NCBI GenBank assembly: GCA_965263395.1
Contig: OZ253670.1
Coordinates: forward strand, 1,865,826 to 1,929,825
Direction of reading: 5' to 3'
Source: Dehalococcoidia bacterium
GTDB lineage: Bacteria; Chloroflexota; Dehalococcoidia; Lucifugimonadales; UBA3495
DNA: 64,000 nucleotides
In this document: positions 61,081 to 64,000 of the stretch, piece after piece
Numbering within the stretch: the stretch's first letter is position 1
How the letters are laid out: the number at the start of each line of letters is the position of its first letter
Notes under the pieces: model-generated
Databases searched by the model: none
What the model was told of the DNA's origin: nothing
The model's input: only the letters and a program-made list of their open reading frames with translations
Translations under genes and position numbers: made by a program

Positions 61081-62414
61081 GGCTGACAGGGGTATGTATG
61101 GACTGAAATTGGTCTGAGGGCTTGGAAAGCGCACGGGAATCCGGCATCTTGGTTGCAATGACGAAACCGGATGCCGGAGGTTTCCCATGCGCCTTCCCAA
61201 GGAATGCTGCCAGATGCAGCAGGTCATTGAAACGCATTTGCCTCACCTCAGCCGGTCACAATTGGCCGGGCTGGTCTTGTGGGTGTGCGGGACTATCCTG
61301 GCCGGGAGCGCCTGCCAGAATGCCGTCGCCGCCGCTCTCTCCACCAAGGGAAACTGGGACAATCTGCGGCAGCGCCTTCGGGAATGGCTCTACGACGGCG
61401 GCGACCGGGCGCGTCCCTGCCAGACCGAACTGGATGTGAGTCTCTGCTTCGCGCCGTTGCTCAGGTGGGTCCTTGCGTGGTGGTGTTCTGACCGGCTGGC
61501 CTTGGCGGTTGACCCGACGTTGAAAGGGGACGACACCACCGCCATCGTCATCAGCGTGGTCTACCGGGGTTGCGCGATTCCCGTGGCCTGGCGCATCCTG
61601 CACGCCAACAAACCTGGGGCCTGGATGGACCCGATAGTGGAACTGTTGCAGGCGCTGGCCCCGGCGGTCCCAGAAGACATGACCGTGATTGTGCTGTGCG
61701 ACCGGGGCCTGGCCAGTCCGAAATTGTGGAAACAGATACTCGCTCAGGGCTGGCATCCCTACATGAGGTATCCGAAAAACGTCACTTTCTGCGCTGAGGG
61801 CGGTCGGCGGCTGCCCGCGCGCGCCTTCGTTCCCCGTCCGGATACCGCGTGGATCGGGAGCGGGACGGCGTTCAGCAAGGCAACAGTAAAACGCCGTTGC
61901 ACCCTGCTGGCGGTCTGGTACGTTGAACAGGAGGAGCCGTGGATCATCCTGACCGACCTTCCGCCGGACGAAGTTGGGGTGAGTTGGTACGCGCTCCGCT
62001 TCTGGATCGAGTTGGGGTTTAAGGCGGTCAAGAGCTTGGGTTGGCAATGGCAAAAGACCCGCAGGACTGACCCGGCGCGGATTTCGCGGCATTGGTTCGT
62101 GTTGTCGGTGGCGACGCTGCTGACCCTGGCCTACGGGACCAGGGTGGAAGACGCCTATGACCGGAGGCTGGCCCCCGGCAGCTTGCGAGCGCCGCCCAGG
62201 GCGCTGGCGCCCACTCACCGCAGTAGCCGGGAGAAGCCGGGACGGACCGTCAGCGTAATCCGTTACGGCATTGCCTGGCTGAGGTGGTTGCTGCACCGGG
62301 GCCGGTTCTGGAGCCGGGTATGGCTGCTGCCCGAACCCTGGCCTGAACCCAAGTCCGACCTGGAGGTCACCCGCCATGCCCCTACATGAAACCCTATACA
62401 TACCCCTGTCAGCC
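61081..62414 (+). mobile_element. IS4-family (YREK-type DDE) insertion sequence with 19-bp perfect terminal inverted repeats and a target-site duplication
   Basis: The left IR is ggctgacaggggtatgtat (61081-61099) and the right IR is atacatacccctgtcagcc (62396-62414). The flanking direct repeat taatcct is at 61074-61080 and 62415-62421. It extends to cctaatcctgg if the outer 2 nt of each IR are counted as duplication. Confidence 0.85.
61187..62389 (+). CDS. IS4-family DDE transposase
   Basis: LAVDPT, VLCDRG and YALRFWIELGFKAVK match Y-x2-R-x3-E-x6-K. Codon usage is unlike that of the neighbouring genes. Confidence 0.85.
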   Translation: MRLPKECCQMQQVIETHLPHLSRSQLAGLVLWVCGTILAGSACQNAVAAALSTKGNWDNLRQRLREWLYDGGDRARPCQTELDVSLCFAPLLRWVLAWWCSDRLALAVDPTLKGDDTTAIVISVVYRGCAIPVAWRILHANKPGAWMDPIVELLQALAPAVPEDMTVIVLCDRGLASPKLWKQILAQGWHPYMRYPKNVTFCAEGGRRLPARAFVPRPDTAWIGSGTAFSKATVKRRCTLLAVWYVEQEEPWIILTDLPPDEVGVSWYALRFWIELGFKAVKSLGWQWQKTRRTDPARISRHWFVLSVATLLTLAYGTRVEDAYDRRLAPGSLRAPPRALAPTHRSSREKPGRTVSVIRYGIAWLRWLLHRGRFWSRVWLLPEPWPEPKSDLEVTRHAPT

Positions 62415-62635
62415 TAATCCTGGGGAAGATCACCGCCGGCCAGCAGGGACTCTGGTGGCTCCTACTCGAGACCATCACCGGCGCCAGCCCGGACGAGGGC
62501 ATCACCCAGATAGAGGGAACGAAGGGCTGGGTCGGGATAGATGTCCCCACCCTCCATTCCGCCTGGCTCAGGTGGGGGCGGGAACACGGCCACCTGCCGG
62601 AAGAAGAGCAGAACGACGACAGCATGGAGGAATGA
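62414..62635 (+). pseudogene. 3' fragment of the IS-split gene
   Basis: In frame after the duplicated cta atc ctg the fragment reads LILGKITAGQQGLWWLLLETITGASPDEGITQIEGTKGWVGIDVPTLHSAWLRWGREHGHLPEEEQNDDSMEE. Confidence 0.7.
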
Positions 62636-62644
62636 GCAACCGGA

Positions 62645-62914
62645 ATGGGCAAGAAGACAACCACAATGAACCAGGAACCACCCAGGAAACTCCAGTTCTC
62701 ATCGGAGTTCATCCAGGACCTCCGGGAACGCCTGGACCAGAGACGCCGGGACCAAGCAGCCAGGCCAACCGGCCCGGAACCGTCCCCGCCAATCTGCGGC
62801 GAGATCTACGAGGAAGCCCTCCGCACCATGGCGCTGGAGGAAGGGCTTCCAAAACAATGCTGGGACTTCGACAACCTCCCCGGCCCCATCCCGGTTACAT
62901 TCAGACCAGCATGA
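62645..62914 (+). CDS. hypothetical protein
   Basis: 89-aa ORF. Confidence 0.45.
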   Translation: MGKKTTTMNQEPPRKLQFSSEFIQDLRERLDQRRRDQAARPTGPEPSPPICGEIYEEALRTMALEEGLPKQCWDFDNLPGPIPVTFRPA

Positions 62915-63207
62915 AAACGGGAGAAGAATACAAATACCGGTGCGACTGCCCCAACTGCCCCTGCAACATACCCAAGAAAGAACGGGCCGGCCGTCAGTGC
63001 CCAGAATGCATGACCGGAAACTGCATGGAATGGCGGACCGCAAAACGCAAGGACGAACAGAAAAATGAGCCAGAAAGAACCCAGGCCGTCAATGGCCCCT
63101 CTGGAGCCAGCCTCCCCGTAGTTGTCCCCGTAGTTGTCCCAGCAGTTGTCTCAGGAGAGAACCCAGGGAGAAGAAATGATGCTCGGGAAGCAATGGAAAC
63201 CGGGTAA
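62911..63207 (+). CDS. Cys-rich small protein (CDCPNCPC...CPEC..C)
   Basis: ATGA overlap at 62911. The 12-nt repeat at 63115-63150 gives PVVVPVVVPAVV. Confidence 0.5.
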   Translation: MKTGEEYKYRCDCPNCPCNIPKKERAGRQCPECMTGNCMEWRTAKRKDEQKNEPERTQAVNGPSGASLPVVVPVVVPAVVSGENPGRRNDAREAMETG

Positions 63208-63517
63208 GTCCACACCACCCCCCTGGACCGCAGTGCCCCGGGATATCGGGAACGACGGCACCCACGATGACGACCAGGCAGGACTGGGCTGGGACCTGGA
63301 TGGCCCCCCACAGGCCATGCTCCGGGGACAGTTCGCACTGGCCATGGACGCCAAAATGGCCGCCGCCAGCCCGGAGCTCGTGAACGCCCTCGAACGGGTG
63401 CTGGATGAGGCAGGAGGCTGCCTGTGCGGCACGGGCGGCTCAATCGCCGAGAACCACTCCCAGACCTGCCAGCTCGCCCATGCCGCGGTCGCCAAGGCCA
63501 GGGGAAATCGATCATAG
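63176..63517 (+). CDS. hypothetical protein
   Basis: GGGAGAAGAA lies upstream of ATG 63176. Confidence 0.45.
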   Translation: MMLGKQWKPGKSTPPPWTAVPRDIGNDGTHDDDQAGLGWDLDGPPQAMLRGQFALAMDAKMAAASPELVNALERVLDEAGGCLCGTGGSIAENHSQTCQLAHAAVAKARGNRS

Positions 63518-63744
63518 GGCCAGGCCCCGATCAGCCGGAGGTATCCCGAAAGTGGCCCGACACCATCTTCCGCCTCATTGTCCAAGGCAAGGACCACGAA
63601 CCTGAGTGCATTGCACGGCAATGCATCACGATGCATTACCACCTGGGCGGCATGGTCCAGACCGTGGAAGGCCAGGTTAGTGTTCCCACCACTCCAGCCG
63701 GAGCTATTCAGGTAACCGTTCACCAGAACCAAAGAGAGAGAAGA

Positions 63745-64000
63745 ATGAGTGAAAAAATACTGGTGGCGGGAACCTTCACCATCCTCATCGCAATCATGGG
63801 CGCCGCGGGGCTGGGCGCAACAATCGAGGTGCTGGGCGGCCCCCACAACAGCCCCTGGGCAACCGCCGGGAAACACCTGGATGAGAACCATGAGGGAATC
63901 AGGAAGCTCATCGAGCAGGCGGCCCCCAACCCCCAGGTCCAGTCGGTCCTGGCAGGACTCCCGGATCAGGAAATAAGCATGAACTGCAGGAAGCCGGACG
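63745..64000 (+). CDS. membrane-anchored hypothetical protein, 3' end outside window
   Basis: ATG 63745 follows agagagagaaga, and the frame is open to the window end. The N-terminal TM segment is ILVAGTFTILIAIMGAAGLGA. The track does not list it because there is no stop. Confidence 0.5.
   Translation, partial: MSEKILVAGTFTILIAIMGAAGLGATIEVLGGPHNSPWATAGKHLDENHEGIRKLIEQAAPNPQVQSVLAGLPDQEISMNCRKPD

Noticed and set aside
63151-63891. 246-aa minus-strand ORF covering the 63518-63744 intergenic gap
   Set aside because: Most of it is antisense to plus-strand ORFs with RBSs. Its composition is Ala/Ser/Gly/Pro-rich, and it has no RBS or motif.
1-64000. Global stop-codon reassignment (recoded phage, TAG or TAA read as an amino acid)
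   Set aside because: TAG ends NrdJ (9225-9227) and the SNF2 fragment (761-763) at the expected protein ends. TAA ends 1384-2238 and the large methylase. TGA ends most genes. Only two clean in-frame stops were found (18078 and 46592), and no tRNA-like sequence was spotted. Local suppression or mutation remains possible and is reported as findings.

Overview
High-GC window (about 60% by eye, not computed). The + strand is visibly C>G and A>T, and T-poor. It holds about 90 densely packed genes, and all but one small island (47288-49216) are on the + strand. Many neighbouring genes are joined by 4-nt ATGA start/stop overlaps. The recognisable content is a DNA replication, repair and nucleotide-metabolism module of bacterial type: an SNF2 helicase fragment, an AEP primase-polymerase, a UvrD-like helicase, a class II ribonucleotide reductase NrdJ carrying an intein, the DnaN sliding clamp, a VRR-NUC nuclease, SSB, a family-4 UDG, a Cas4/RecB-like nuclease, a second SNF2 helicase, a ParB-like protein and the NAD-dependent ligase LigA. 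Accessory functions sit alongside it: HflK/HflC, two Fic-domain proteins, two J-domain proteins, two orphan DNA methyltransferases, SLOG/DUF2493, a DUF1937-like protein, a HAD hydrolase, a PfkB kinase and an AIM24-family protein. There are also dozens of small unknown ORFs. I see no virion, conjugation, rRNA, tRNA or CRISPR features. My reading is an early or replicative arm of a very large phage, phage-plasmid or giant extrachromosomal element of a bacterium, not core chromosome. Unusual points are listed below.
- Pervasive perfect short tandem repeats occur in more than 20 loci. Inside genes the units are multiples of 3 nt; other copies duplicate RBS, stop or start signals at gene boundaries.
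- Several otherwise intact genes are broken: ssb by one in-frame TAG (with a canonical ...DIPF tail still encoded downstream), a PfkB kinase by one in-frame TAA, two genes by frameshifts, and two loci by IS insertions (IS630 family and IS4 family).
- Two paralogous gene families of unknown function are present, one with a conserved 4-Cys motif.
- An extraordinary hairpin/palindrome cluster sits at the only divergent strand switch.

All family calls come from motif recognition by eye. No searches were run.
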